From: an uncultured Gammaproteobacteria bacterium
Lineage (GTDB): Bacteria > Patescibacteriota > Patescibacteriia > UBA2591 > CAYTBZ01
DNA: 64,000 nt
Direction: 5' to 3'
Assembly: GCA_964436275.1 (NCBI GenBank)
Contig: CAYTBZ010000001.1
Coordinates: 33,980 to 97,979, forward strand
Position numbers and translations under genes: made by a program. The notes beneath the pieces were generated by a model. It did not search any database and was not told where the DNA came from. It saw nothing but the letters and a program-made list of their open reading frames with translations. Positions 1-9,359 of the stretch are shown one piece after another. Numbering within the stretch: position 1 is the stretch's first letter; the number at the start of each line of letters is the position of its first letter.

Positions 1-547
1 TGCGTCTAATGGCTATAAGCATAGATTCCTTTGGGGTCATCTTTTGAACAAAATTGACTGACTTTTTAATGAAAGGATTTTTCTTTTTTAGTTTAAATTC
101 AATTAAATCAACTTCTTGATGAAAAATAACTAAATCTAAAATATCCGGTTGAGTAATAATAGCTGTGACTTGGTCTGCGGTAAGCGTTTCTGGTGAAATA
201 ACTTCTCTAATCCCTACACGATAAAAAATCTTATAAAATTCTTTACTTCCGCTTCGGACAATCATTCTCAGGGTTGGCTTAATCTCTTTAGCGGCTAAAC
301 AAATCATTAAATTTGTCTCTTCTTTTCCGGTCACTGCTAGTAAAACATCGGCTTTCTTTATTTCTGCCTCTTGAAGGATTTTTCTTTCCTGACCGTTTCC
401 CCAAATAACTTTAGCATTTAATTCCTCGGCTAATTTATCAGCCCTTGCCCTATCTTTCTCAATAACTACTACATCATGCTTTTCTTGAGATAATTTTTTT
501 GCTAAATTTTCTCCAATTTTTCCTCCGCCAACAATGACAATATACAT
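1..547 (-). CDS. trkA: TrkA-like K+ transport NAD-binding protein, 5' part only (C-terminus runs off window)
   Basis: Reverse-strand translation from ATG at 545-547 gives MYIVIVGGGKIGENLAKKL... (Rossmann GxGxxG, TrkA-N). No stop before position 1. Immediately upstream of the TrkH gene. Confidence 0.7.
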   Translation of the reverse strand, partial: MYIVIVGGGKIGENLAKKLSQEKHDVVVIEKDRARADKLAEELNAKVIWGNGQERKILQEAEIKKADVLLAVTGKEETNLMICLAAKEIKPTLRMIVRSGSKEFYKIFYRVGIREVISPETLTADQVTAIITQPDILDLVIFHQEVDLIEFKLKKKNPFIKKSVNFVQKMTPKESMLIAIRR

Positions 548-551
548 AATT

Positions 552-1949
552 TTAATCCTCCTTTCTTTTAAAAATAGAAATTATTAATATTATTATTGCC
601 CAAATCTCTAATCTTCCTAAAAACATATCAAAAATAATAGTTAACTTAAGAATTGGGCTTCGGTAATTAGAAATAACAGAGAGTCCGGTAGTAGCCATAG
701 CTGAGGTTGTCTGAAAGAGTGAATTTATTGGAGGATAGCCGTAAGCAATAAAAACAAGAGTAGAAAAACCAAGAATTATTAAGAACAGAAGGACAAATTT
801 TAGAACAGCATTAACCTCATTATGTCGGTAAATTGTTCCTTCAACTTTTTGGACAATGACTAAATGCGGTTGAAATATTCTTCTTATTTCTGTAATAATC
901 GCTCTTGAAACAATAATCATTCTTGAAAGTTTTAAACCTCCGGCTGTGGATCCTGAAGCACCGCCAATTAACATCAAAAAAATTAAGATTGATTTGCTAA
1001 AATTATCCCAATAACTTATTTCAGCTGTATTAAAACCAGAAGTAGTTAAAGCAGAAACTACTTGAAATATATTTTTACGGAAAGGATATAATGGCAACAG
1101 ACCGGCTATTCCTATAATTAATAAAATAAAAAATAATCTAAATTGTTGGGAACGAAAAATTTTTTTGATTTTTCCTGAAAAGAAAAGATGATGGGTGTAA
1201 AATGATGTCGCTCCTAATATCATTAAAACTACTAAAATTATCTCTAAAGAAAGAGAATGAAAACCAATAATACCAAAACTATCTGTTGTAAAACCCGCCG
1301 TAGAAATTGCTACTGCTGCGTAATTAAAAGAACGAAATAAATCTATCTTAGCGATAAAAGTTAAAGCAAGGGTGCCCAACACAAGAAAGAAAAGATAGAT
1401 TTTCCAGATGACTTTCACTGAATTTAAAATATTTGGCCGAATTTTTTGTGAAAATCCTTCTGCCCGAGCCAAAGAGGTTGAACCAACTCTAATCAGCCCG
1501 CTAATGGCTAAACTAACAATGCCTATGCCACCAATAAAAGCCATTAAACTTCTCCAGAGAATTAGTGTCTTAGGCAAAACATCCGGATTAAAAAGAGAAA
1601 AGCCCGTTGTTGTCCAAGCGCTCATTGTTTCATACCAACTATCAAGATAACTTCCCTGACCAGTTAAGAAAAACGGTAAAGCACTAATTAAAGTCACTAT
1701 TAGCCATAAAAGAGCAACTACTACAAGTGATTCAGCAAAAGTTATCTCATCGTCCAAATTCTTTTTCTTTTTTCTGACAAAAATTAAAAACAACCGACTA
1801 ATTAAAAAAATTATCCCTCCAGATACAATAAAGACAAAAAAACATTTCTCTTCGTGAAAGATAATAGAAAAAGGAATAGGAATAAGAAAAATAAAGGAAG
1901 CAAATTTTAACAGATAAGCCAAACTTTTTAATATCCTCTTCTTAGACAT
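552..1949 (-). CDS. trkH: TrkH/KtrB family K+ transporter membrane subunit
   Basis: 465 aa polytopic membrane protein with repeated TTTGF/SGFNT selectivity-like motifs and GGASGSTAGGLK. Adjacent to trkA. Confidence 0.8.
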   Translation of the reverse strand: MSKKRILKSLAYLLKFASFIFLIPIPFSIIFHEEKCFFVFIVSGGIIFLISRLFLIFVRKKKKNLDDEITFAESLVVVALLWLIVTLISALPFFLTGQGSYLDSWYETMSAWTTTGFSLFNPDVLPKTLILWRSLMAFIGGIGIVSLAISGLIRVGSTSLARAEGFSQKIRPNILNSVKVIWKIYLFFLVLGTLALTFIAKIDLFRSFNYAAVAISTAGFTTDSFGIIGFHSLSLEIILVVLMILGATSFYTHHLFFSGKIKKIFRSQQFRLFFILLIIGIAGLLPLYPFRKNIFQVVSALTTSGFNTAEISYWDNFSKSILIFLMLIGGASGSTAGGLKLSRMIIVSRAIITEIRRIFQPHLVIVQKVEGTIYRHNEVNAVLKFVLLFLIILGFSTLVFIAYGYPPINSLFQTTSAMATTGLSVISNYRSPILKLTIIFDMFLGRLEIWAIIILIISIFKRKED

Positions 1950-3063
1950 TTTCTTTCTTCTTTTCTTTCAAAGTATTTTCCAAAGAATTTATTTCTGGAA
2001 ATCTCTCTAAGAAGAATTTTCTTAATTCTTCAATTTGGGTAGAAAATAATAATCCTTCTATTGCCCATTCTCTTTCTATTCCGGCGATTTCTTTTAACAA
2101 TTTCTGACATTTTTTTAAAAATTTAAATGTTTCAGAAATTGGAAAAGTAATTTTTTTCCTATACTCATCCCCTTCTTTCTGAAGAATTTTATTCTTAGAA
2201 AGATATTCAGCAACTTGATATAATTTTGCTTCACTTAGACGAGAATAATGAGCAATTTTTTCTATCTCTTCTTGGAGAAGGACAGCGCTTAGAGAACCCT
2301 TGTCTAACAAAAAGAAAATTTTATCCATAAAAATTTTTCTTGCATTACCAAATTGGACAATTTTTTGGAAAAGTTCAATGTCTCTCTCTTTTTTGATAAC
2401 AAAAATTCTCTCAATTTCCTCTCCTTTTTGTTTTTTTTCTTGAATCTTTTTGTTGATTTGTTTCTTTTCTTGTTTTTTTAAGGAAGAAAAGAGTTTTTTA
2501 AAAGATAAAAAACTTTGATAGGTCTGCCGGATGAAAGGATTTTTTGGTTCTATTTCTAATGCCTTTTTAAACCACTTCTCCGCTTCATCAAGATTGAAAT
2601 CAGAAGTAAAAATATAACTAGCCGCTAAATCATTATAAATTAAGGAATTTTTAGGATTTATTTTCAGTGCTTTTCTAAGTAATCTGCGTCCTTCACTCAC
2701 CTTTCCTGAAAGACAACTCACCCATCCCAAATTTCTTATTATTTCATCATCATTGGGCTTTAACTTATAAGCCCTTTTTAAATATTTTAACCCTTCTTTA
2801 AATTGTAAATTCTTGGCATAAGCTACACCTAAAAGAAAATTAGCAGTCACTCTTTTAGGAGCTAATTTAGTTGCCCAAATCAGAGGAGGAATTGCCTTAG
2901 TTATTTTTCCTAAAGTTAAATAAATATTTCCTAAAATTTCATAATTCCGAACATTTTTCGGTGACTCTTTAATTTCTTTCTCAATCAGTTTAATAGCTTT
3001 CTCTTTCTTTCCCTGAAAAAACAAGTCAAGAACTTCTTTATCTTTTTTATTCAATTTCATCAT
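1942..3063 (-). CDS. TPR-repeat protein
   Basis: Multiple 34-aa TPR-like repeats (..LG..Y...G....A...LKRAYKLKPND..). 8-bp overlap with trkH. Confidence 0.6.
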   Translation of the reverse strand: MMKLNKKDKEVLDLFFQGKKEKAIKLIEKEIKESPKNVRNYEILGNIYLTLGKITKAIPPLIWATKLAPKRVTANFLLGVAYAKNLQFKEGLKYLKRAYKLKPNDDEIIRNLGWVSCLSGKVSEGRRLLRKALKINPKNSLIYNDLAASYIFTSDFNLDEAEKWFKKALEIEPKNPFIRQTYQSFLSFKKLFSSLKKQEKKQINKKIQEKKQKGEEIERIFVIKKERDIELFQKIVQFGNARKIFMDKIFFLLDKGSLSAVLLQEEIEKIAHYSRLSEAKLYQVAEYLSKNKILQKEGDEYRKKITFPISETFKFLKKCQKLLKEIAGIEREWAIEGLLFSTQIEELRKFFLERFPEINSLENTLKEKKKENV

Positions 3064-3163
3064 AATTATTCTTCTTTATTCTTTTATTTTAGAAAAAAAA
3101 TTCTTAAAGGTAAAGAGAGCTTTAGAAAAATTTTTTTAGAATACTTCTTAATGTTTCTCAAAA

Positions 3164-4099
3164 TTACCTCTCTCGATAATATATTCTATCCTTATATCTC
3201 AAATCAATATAATCAAGATTTTTATCTTTAAGTTTTTTATTAATCACAAGAGAAAGGTGGTCTAACTGCATTTTTAAAGGAATTTCTTGGTCAAAATAGA
3301 GAGAATAGTTTTGAGAAGTAATCACTTGTAAATCAGAAAAATCTGGATCGAGAATGATAAAAGAAACTGCTTTTAATCCAGAAACTGACTTCGGAAGTTC
3401 CTTGTTAATTTGTTGAATAAACTTCGCTCTTTCTTTAGATATTTGAGGAGAAAGGATTTTCTTTTTGATTTCTTTTTTCTTAAGATTTTCCTCCTTTCCT
3501 TCTTCTCCTTCTTTCTTTTTATGCTTATCTTCTTCTAAAGAGGATTTAAATAAAATAAGAGGAAGGTTGTTTTCTATTCGTTTATCAAACGATTTTATTG
3601 GTTTTCCTTCCTTATCTAAATAATAAAATTTATTCTTCATCTCTAAAACAAGAACAGGAAGCTTATCTTTAATGACAATTTTTATCTCTTTTTTTATTAA
3701 TAATCTGCTAATATCTATTTCTTCAATTGGCAGTCTTTTCTCTATTTCTTCTTTAACTAAGTTTTTAGAAAAAAATAAAAGATTGTTTTGTGGAAAAATT
3801 AAAAAGCGTCTCTTTTTTAAAATTTTACCAACTATTTCTTCTATCTCTTTGTTGGATAGATGATGATAAGCATTCTCTTTTCTAACAATATTAACTTTCT
3901 TTATCTTAAAAAAACCTGACCAAAAAATGAAATAAATGGCTGCGGCGAAAAGAAAGATGAAAAATAGAAATAGTTTTATTTTCTTTCTTTTTTTTCTTTT
4001 TTCAAGAAAGAAATTTCTTTTTATTCTCTTAGGTTTGATTGACCTAGATGATTTACGATAAGGTGGTTTTATCTTCTTTTTAAAAGTAAATTTAAACAT
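3164..4099 (-). CDS. Membrane-anchored POTRA-domain protein, FtsQ/DivIB-like
   Basis: Basic N-terminus, single TM (LFLFFIFLFAAAIYFIFW), then a POTRA-like pattern (VNIVRKENAYHHLSNKEIEEIVG...LPVLVLEMKNKFYYLDKEGKPI). Confidence 0.45.
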   Translation of the reverse strand: MFKFTFKKKIKPPYRKSSRSIKPKRIKRNFFLEKRKKRKKIKLFLFFIFLFAAAIYFIFWSGFFKIKKVNIVRKENAYHHLSNKEIEEIVGKILKKRRFLIFPQNNLLFFSKNLVKEEIEKRLPIEEIDISRLLIKKEIKIVIKDKLPVLVLEMKNKFYYLDKEGKPIKSFDKRIENNLPLILFKSSLEEDKHKKKEGEEGKEENLKKKEIKKKILSPQISKERAKFIQQINKELPKSVSGLKAVSFIILDPDFSDLQVITSQNYSLYFDQEIPLKMQLDHLSLVINKKLKDKNLDYIDLRYKDRIYYRER

Positions 4100-5231
4100 A
4101 GAATCGCGGAATTAAAGGATTGATCCGAGTAACTATTTCGTAATTGATTGTTCCTATCATTTTTGCTAAATCATCTACACTGATTTTTTTACTTTCACTT
4201 TTACCAATAATTATTGCCCTATCTCCTATTTTTAAGTTTTTAACTTTACTCACATCAACTATTATCATATTCATACAAACCCGACCAAGAACAGGACAAA
4301 ATTTATCTTTTATAATAACTTTCCCTTTACGAGAAAAACCTCGGTCATATCCTTCCCAATAACCAACGGGTAAAACAGCTATTATGGTTGGTTTCCTAGT
4401 TTTATAGGTACAACCATAACCAACAAAACTATTTGCTGGTATCCTTTTTAATTGAACAATTTTTGTGTACATTGAAAGAATAGGATGAAGAGTAAAATTA
4501 GGATATTTAGAAAGAACAATTCTTTTTGTTTTAGAAGAAGGCCATAGCCCGTAAGCAGCGATTCCTAAACGGACTAAATTAAACCGGGAATTGGGCAAGA
4601 CCAAAGAAGCGGCACTACAAGCAAAGTGTTTTAAAGGAAAACTGACATTTTTTCTTTCTAATCCTTGGATTAACTCATTAAATCTATCTAATTGGAATTG
4701 AGAGAACATTAAATTTTCTTCTGATGCGGCAAAATGCGAAAAAATTCCTTCAAAAATCAGGTTTTTATATTTTTTGACAGATTTCAGAATAAAAGAATCT
4801 GCTTTATCGACTAAAATGCCTAAACGAGACAAACCAGTATCTATTTTCAGATGGACCTTTAATTTTTGCTTTTCTCTTTTGGATAAATTATCCAAAATTT
4901 TTAATTGTTCTTCTGAATAAACGACTAAACGAATATCATTTTTAATAGCAAAATTAATCTCTTCTTTGTTTAGTTGATAATAGCTTAATACTAAAATAGG
5001 AGTTTTTATACCACCCTCCCTTAATTTTCTTGCTTCTTCTAAATTTACTACCCCTAACCAATTTATCCTAAATTTTTCGGCTAATTTAGCCATTGGCAGC
5101 ATTCCATGGCCATAAGCATTACTTTTTACTACAAGCATTATTTTAGTTCCTGACAAAACATTTTTAAATTGTTCTAAATTTTGTTTAAAGGCCTTTTTAG
5201 AAATCTCTACCCAAGTAATTGGTCTTGACAT
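4092..5231 (-). CDS. alr: Alanine racemase
   Basis: PLP-lysine motif VVKSNAYGHG near N-terminus. Length and C-terminal beta domain typical of alanine racemase. Confidence 0.85.
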   Translation of the reverse strand: MSRPITWVEISKKAFKQNLEQFKNVLSGTKIMLVVKSNAYGHGMLPMAKLAEKFRINWLGVVNLEEARKLREGGIKTPILVLSYYQLNKEEINFAIKNDIRLVVYSEEQLKILDNLSKREKQKLKVHLKIDTGLSRLGILVDKADSFILKSVKKYKNLIFEGIFSHFAASEENLMFSQFQLDRFNELIQGLERKNVSFPLKHFACSAASLVLPNSRFNLVRLGIAAYGLWPSSKTKRIVLSKYPNFTLHPILSMYTKIVQLKRIPANSFVGYGCTYKTRKPTIIAVLPVGYWEGYDRGFSRKGKVIIKDKFCPVLGRVCMNMIIVDVSKVKNLKIGDRAIIIGKSESKKISVDDLAKMIGTINYEIVTRINPLIPRFYV

Positions 5232-5307
5232 TTTATCCTTTTTATATTATTCTTGGTTTATAAAAATAAAAAAGTTCTTTATATTAAGTATTAAAAGGAG
5301 GGAAAAA

Positions 5308-5517
5308 TTGGAAACAGGAGTAAAAATTATCTTAATAATTCTCCTTCTTACTCTAAGCTTCTTCCTTTTCCATAAAGGAAGGAAATTGGAAGAAATAGCC
5401 CGCTATGTCAGAAGTTATGATAAACAACATCTCTACCATGAAAATGCTGTAATAACTGTCCTTCTCTCTTTGATCGTTTTGCTCTCAGCGTTAATCCTGA
5501 TATTCTCTCTCTTTTAA
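5308..5517 (+). CDS. Small two-TM membrane protein (hypothetical), TTG start
   Basis: Strong SD AAGGAGGG 7 nt upstream of TTG. Two hydrophobic helices. Followed by hairpin terminator. Confidence 0.4.
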   Translation: METGVKIILIILLLTLSFFLFHKGRKLEEIARYVRSYDKQHLYHENAVITVLLSLIVLLSALILIFSLF

Positions 5518-5523
5518 GTTAAA

Positions 5524-5549
5524 TAGGTCCATTATGGACCTATTTTTTT
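5524..5549 (+). terminator. Rho-independent terminator (hairpin TAGGTCCA-TTA-TGGACCTA + T7), between convergent genes
   Basis: 8-bp perfect stem, 3-nt loop, TTTTTTT run on plus strand. Overlaps serS stop on minus strand. Confidence 0.5.
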
Positions 5550-6808
5550 CTTCTTATTATCTCCATTCCATTCATATATTTTCTTAAAACCTCAGGGACA
5601 ATAATATCTCCTTCTTTGGTTTGATAATTCTCCATTATAGCAATAATTGGGCGCTGAGAAAAGGCAGTTCCATTAACTGTATGAACAAATTCGGTTTCCT
5701 TTTTACCTTTTCTTTTAAAACGAATATTCAATCTTCTTGCCTGAAAGTCGGTGCAATTACTTGTAGAATGGGTTTCTCGGTACTCATGCTGGCCTGGCAG
5801 CCAAGTTTCAATATCATATTTATCTGCGGCTGGGTCGCCTAAATCAGCCGTACACATCCTTACCACCCGATAGGGCAATTTTAGGGCTTTCATCATCTTT
5901 TCTTCTAAGGAAAGGAAGAATAAATGTTCTTGACGGGAATTTTTAGGATGAACAAAAGAAAACATTTCTGCTTTATCAAACTGATGAACACGTAAAATAC
6001 CTCGAACATCTCTACCATAACTACCTGCTTCTCTACGGAAACAAGAAGAAAAGCCAAGATAACGAAGAGGCAAATCTTCTTCTTTTAAAATTTCATTCAT
6101 ATGCATTGGGCCGATTGCTTGTTCTGCTGTTCCAATAAGATATAAATCATCTTTTTCTAAATGAAATATTTCTTCCGCTCCTCGTGTATAATAGCCCATT
6201 GCCTCCATTATTTCTTTTTTTACCATTACTGGAGGAATAACCGGAATAAAACCTTCTTCTAAAAGAGTATCTAAAGCAAAGCGAAACAAAGCAAACTCTA
6301 AAAGAACGGCTTCATTTTTTAAATAGCCAAAACGTGACCCTGAAGTTCTACTAGCGCGTTTAGTATCAATTAGATCCAATGCCTCATTTAATTCTAAATA
6401 GTCCTTAGGAGGAAAATCAAATTTAGGTATTTCTCCTTCATGACGAATAATCTCATTATCTGCCTCAGTTAGACCAACTTTTACATCATCCAAGGGTGGA
6501 TTAGGAATTTCTAAAAGTATTTTTTTAAACAAAGGTTCAATTTCAGCTAATTTATCTTTGAATTTATCAATTTCTTTAACTATCTTTTTCATCTCTTCTA
6601 TTTTTTCTTTCTTCTCTTTTGGAGTTAACTCTTTAATTTTTCGAGAAAACTGGTTTTGAAGGGCTCGACGTTTTTCAATCTCTTTAATTAATTCCCTTCT
6701 TTGCTTATCCAATTTTAAAAGAAGGTCAATATCTACTTTAACCTGTTTTTTCTCACAGGCCCTTTTAACTTTTTCTGGATTTTCCCGAATAAATTTGATG
6801 TCTAACAT
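5540..6808 (-). CDS. serS: Seryl-tRNA synthetase
   Basis: N-terminal coiled-coil arm, class II motifs, 422 aa. Confidence 0.9.
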   Translation of the reverse strand: MLDIKFIRENPEKVKRACEKKQVKVDIDLLLKLDKQRRELIKEIEKRRALQNQFSRKIKELTPKEKKEKIEEMKKIVKEIDKFKDKLAEIEPLFKKILLEIPNPPLDDVKVGLTEADNEIIRHEGEIPKFDFPPKDYLELNEALDLIDTKRASRTSGSRFGYLKNEAVLLEFALFRFALDTLLEEGFIPVIPPVMVKKEIMEAMGYYTRGAEEIFHLEKDDLYLIGTAEQAIGPMHMNEILKEEDLPLRYLGFSSCFRREAGSYGRDVRGILRVHQFDKAEMFSFVHPKNSRQEHLFFLSLEEKMMKALKLPYRVVRMCTADLGDPAADKYDIETWLPGQHEYRETHSTSNCTDFQARRLNIRFKRKGKKETEFVHTVNGTAFSQRPIIAIMENYQTKEGDIIVPEVLRKYMNGMEIIRRKK

Positions 6809-6823
6809 ATATTTTTTATATTT

Positions 6824-7378
6824 TTATAGTTCTAAATCTTGACTAATTTTTTGCATTGCTTTTAAAGAAATATCAATAAACTTTTCTAAATCTAAATTTA
6901 ATAATTCCTTGCATTGAGCGATAATATCTCTATTAGCTCCAGCGGCAAAACGTGGTTCTTTAAAACGTTTAAGAACTGACCTAACCGTTAAATCCTTTAA
7001 TCTTTTACTGGGTAGGACTAAAGTAGCCGCGACAATTAAGCCGGTCAAAGGGTCAGCACAAAAAAGGGCTTTTGCCATCCTTGTCTTTGGCTTTATTCCA
7101 TGAATCTCATTATGAGATTTTACTGCTTCAACAATCTCCTTATCTAGTCCTTTCTCAGATAAAATTTCCGCGCCAATTAAACTATGTTCTCCTGGCTTAT
7201 CTTTTGTTTGTTCATAGTCAATATCATGTAATAATCCGGTTAGACCCCATTTTTCTTCATCCTCTTGAAAATACTTGGCTAATTCTCTCATTACTGCCTC
7301 AACAGCCAAACTATGCTTAATTAAATTCTTATTTTTTATATATTTTTCTAAAAATTTTTTAGCCTCTTCTCTAGTCAT
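6824..7378 (-). CDS. HD-domain phosphohydrolase
   Basis: H...LLHDIDY HD motif. 184 aa. Confidence 0.65.
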   Translation of the reverse strand: MTREEAKKFLEKYIKNKNLIKHSLAVEAVMRELAKYFQEDEEKWGLTGLLHDIDYEQTKDKPGEHSLIGAEILSEKGLDKEIVEAVKSHNEIHGIKPKTRMAKALFCADPLTGLIVAATLVLPSKRLKDLTVRSVLKRFKEPRFAAGANRDIIAQCKELLNLDLEKFIDISLKAMQKISQDLEL

Positions 7379-7388
7379 TATTTAATCG

Positions 7389-8846
7389 TTATTTTTCCGG
7401 TCTCATTGTTGGAAACAGAATGACTTCTTTAATATTATGAGAATTAGTTAATAAGGCAACTAATCGGTCTATTCCTATTCCCTCACCAGCGGTTGGAGGA
7501 AGACCGTGCTCTAAGGCCTCTAAAAAATCTTTATCAATCCTTTGGGCTTCTTCATCGCCGTTTTCTAATAATTTCTGCTGCTCTTGAAAGCGCTGGCCCT
7601 GGTCTAAAGGATCATTTAATTCAGAAAAAGCATTGACTATTTCCATTCCAGCAATAATCAGTTGAAACCTTTCTGCATAATTAGGACGTTGAGGAATCCT
7701 TTTTGCTAAAGGCGATAAATCTACTGGATGATTGATTAAAAAAATAGGATTAATCAGCTTGGGTCTTATCAATTCTTTAAAAATATTATCAATAATTTTA
7801 CCTCGACCGGCATTCTTATCAACCTCCACGCCTAATTCTCTTGCTTTTTTAAACAAAGATGTCTGGTCTGGGTAGTTATCTAAATCTAATTGAAGTTGTT
7901 TAATCATTAACTCACGATAATCTATTTTTGGGTAAGGAGGATTTAAATTGATTTTATTTCCGTCATAATCAATAATCCCCTTTTTAATATTTAATTCTTT
8001 AATCAAAAAAGAAATTAATTCTTCAGTCAAATTCATTAAATCATTATAGTCAGCATATGCTTGATAAAATTCTATTTGCGTAAATTCAGGATTATGCGCC
8101 CGGTCAATTCCTTCATTACGGAAACAACGCGCTACTTCATAAACCCGTTCAAAACCACCAACGATTAATTTTTTCAAATAAAGTTCAGGAGCAATTCTTA
8201 AATATAAATCTATATCTAAAGCATTATGATGAGTAATAAACGGTTTTGCCGCTGCTCCTCCGGGTATGGGCTGTAAAATAGGCGTTTCTACTTCTAAAAA
8301 GTTACGCTTATCTAAAAAGTCTCGAATTAATTTTATAATCAAACTTCTTTTGCGAAAAATCTCTCTTACTTCAGGATTACTTAAAAGATCAAGATACCTT
8401 TTGCGGAAACGGGTCTCTATATCTTTTAAACCATGCCATTTCTCTGGCAGAGGACGTAAGGACTTAGCAATCAACCTAAAATCATCAACTAAAAGGGTCT
8501 TTTCCCCTCTTTTAGTCAAATATAGTTTACCTTTTACTTGTAGAAAATCAGCCAAATCAATAAGTTCAGTGAAAAAATTATATTTTTCTTCACCTAGTTG
8601 GTCCTTCTTTAAATAAATTTGAATTTTAGCACTTCCATCTTCTATATCAGCAAAACAAGAACCGCCATGAAGTCGGATACTCTTAATTCTTCCTACTAAA
8701 ATAATCTCCTTTTTCTTTTTTAATAATTGATTAAATCTCTCTAAAACTTCTTTTATAAAAAATGTTCTCTCTGCTTTTGATGGATAAGGATCAATTCCCT
8801 TTTCCTTTATTTTCTTTAGTTTTTTAATTCTATCTTCTCTTTCCAT
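7389..8846 (-). CDS. lysS: Lysyl-tRNA synthetase (class II)
   Basis: N-terminal OB anticodon-binding domain plus class II catalytic core ([19 protein letters not shown]). Confidence 0.9.
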   Translation of the reverse strand: MEREDRIKKLKKIKEKGIDPYPSKAERTFFIKEVLERFNQLLKKKKEIILVGRIKSIRLHGGSCFADIEDGSAKIQIYLKKDQLGEEKYNFFTELIDLADFLQVKGKLYLTKRGEKTLLVDDFRLIAKSLRPLPEKWHGLKDIETRFRKRYLDLLSNPEVREIFRKRSLIIKLIRDFLDKRNFLEVETPILQPIPGGAAAKPFITHHNALDIDLYLRIAPELYLKKLIVGGFERVYEVARCFRNEGIDRAHNPEFTQIEFYQAYADYNDLMNLTEELISFLIKELNIKKGIIDYDGNKINLNPPYPKIDYRELMIKQLQLDLDNYPDQTSLFKKARELGVEVDKNAGRGKIIDNIFKELIRPKLINPIFLINHPVDLSPLAKRIPQRPNYAERFQLIIAGMEIVNAFSELNDPLDQGQRFQEQQKLLENGDEEAQRIDKDFLEALEHGLPPTAGEGIGIDRLVALLTNSHNIKEVILFPTMRPEK

Positions 8847-8853
8847 AACCTTA

Positions 8854-9321
8854 TTATTTAATTTTTAGTATCTTGACTTTTATCTGACCATTCTCAGGCA
8901 AAGGAACAATAACCTCATCTCCTACTTTTTTCCCTAATAATGCCTTACCTATGGGTGATTCATTAGAAATTTTATTATTAGCCAAATCTATATCTTCAGA
9001 ACCAACTATTGTATAAGTATAAATTTGACCCTTAATTTTTAACTCTAAAGTATCTCCAATACTAACTACTTTTTTATTTTTCGGCCCTTTACCCTCCTCT
9101 ATTATAATAGCATTTCTAATTAAATCCTCCAATTCTAAAATTTCTTTCTCATTAGAAGCGTATTCTTCTTTAGCTGCTGTAAATTCAGCGTTTTCAGAAA
9201 CATCACCATAATCTTTGGCTTCGCTAATTTTCTCAGCTATTTCTTCTCTTTTTACTGTTTTTAAATACTGAAGTTTCTTCTTAAGTTCCTCAAACTTCTC
9301 TTTAGATAAATAAGTAGGCAT
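8854..9321 (-). CDS. greA: Transcription elongation factor GreA
   Basis: 155 aa, N-terminal coiled coil with conserved acidic tip region, C-terminal FKBP-like domain. Confidence 0.85.
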   Translation of the reverse strand: MPTYLSKEKFEELKKKLQYLKTVKREEIAEKISEAKDYGDVSENAEFTAAKEEYASNEKEILELEDLIRNAIIIEEGKGPKNKKVVSIGDTLELKIKGQIYTYTIVGSEDIDLANNKISNESPIGKALLGKKVGDEVIVPLPENGQIKVKILKIK

Positions 9322-9359
9322 AGGTTTAAAAATTAAAATTCTAAAATATACCCTTTATT

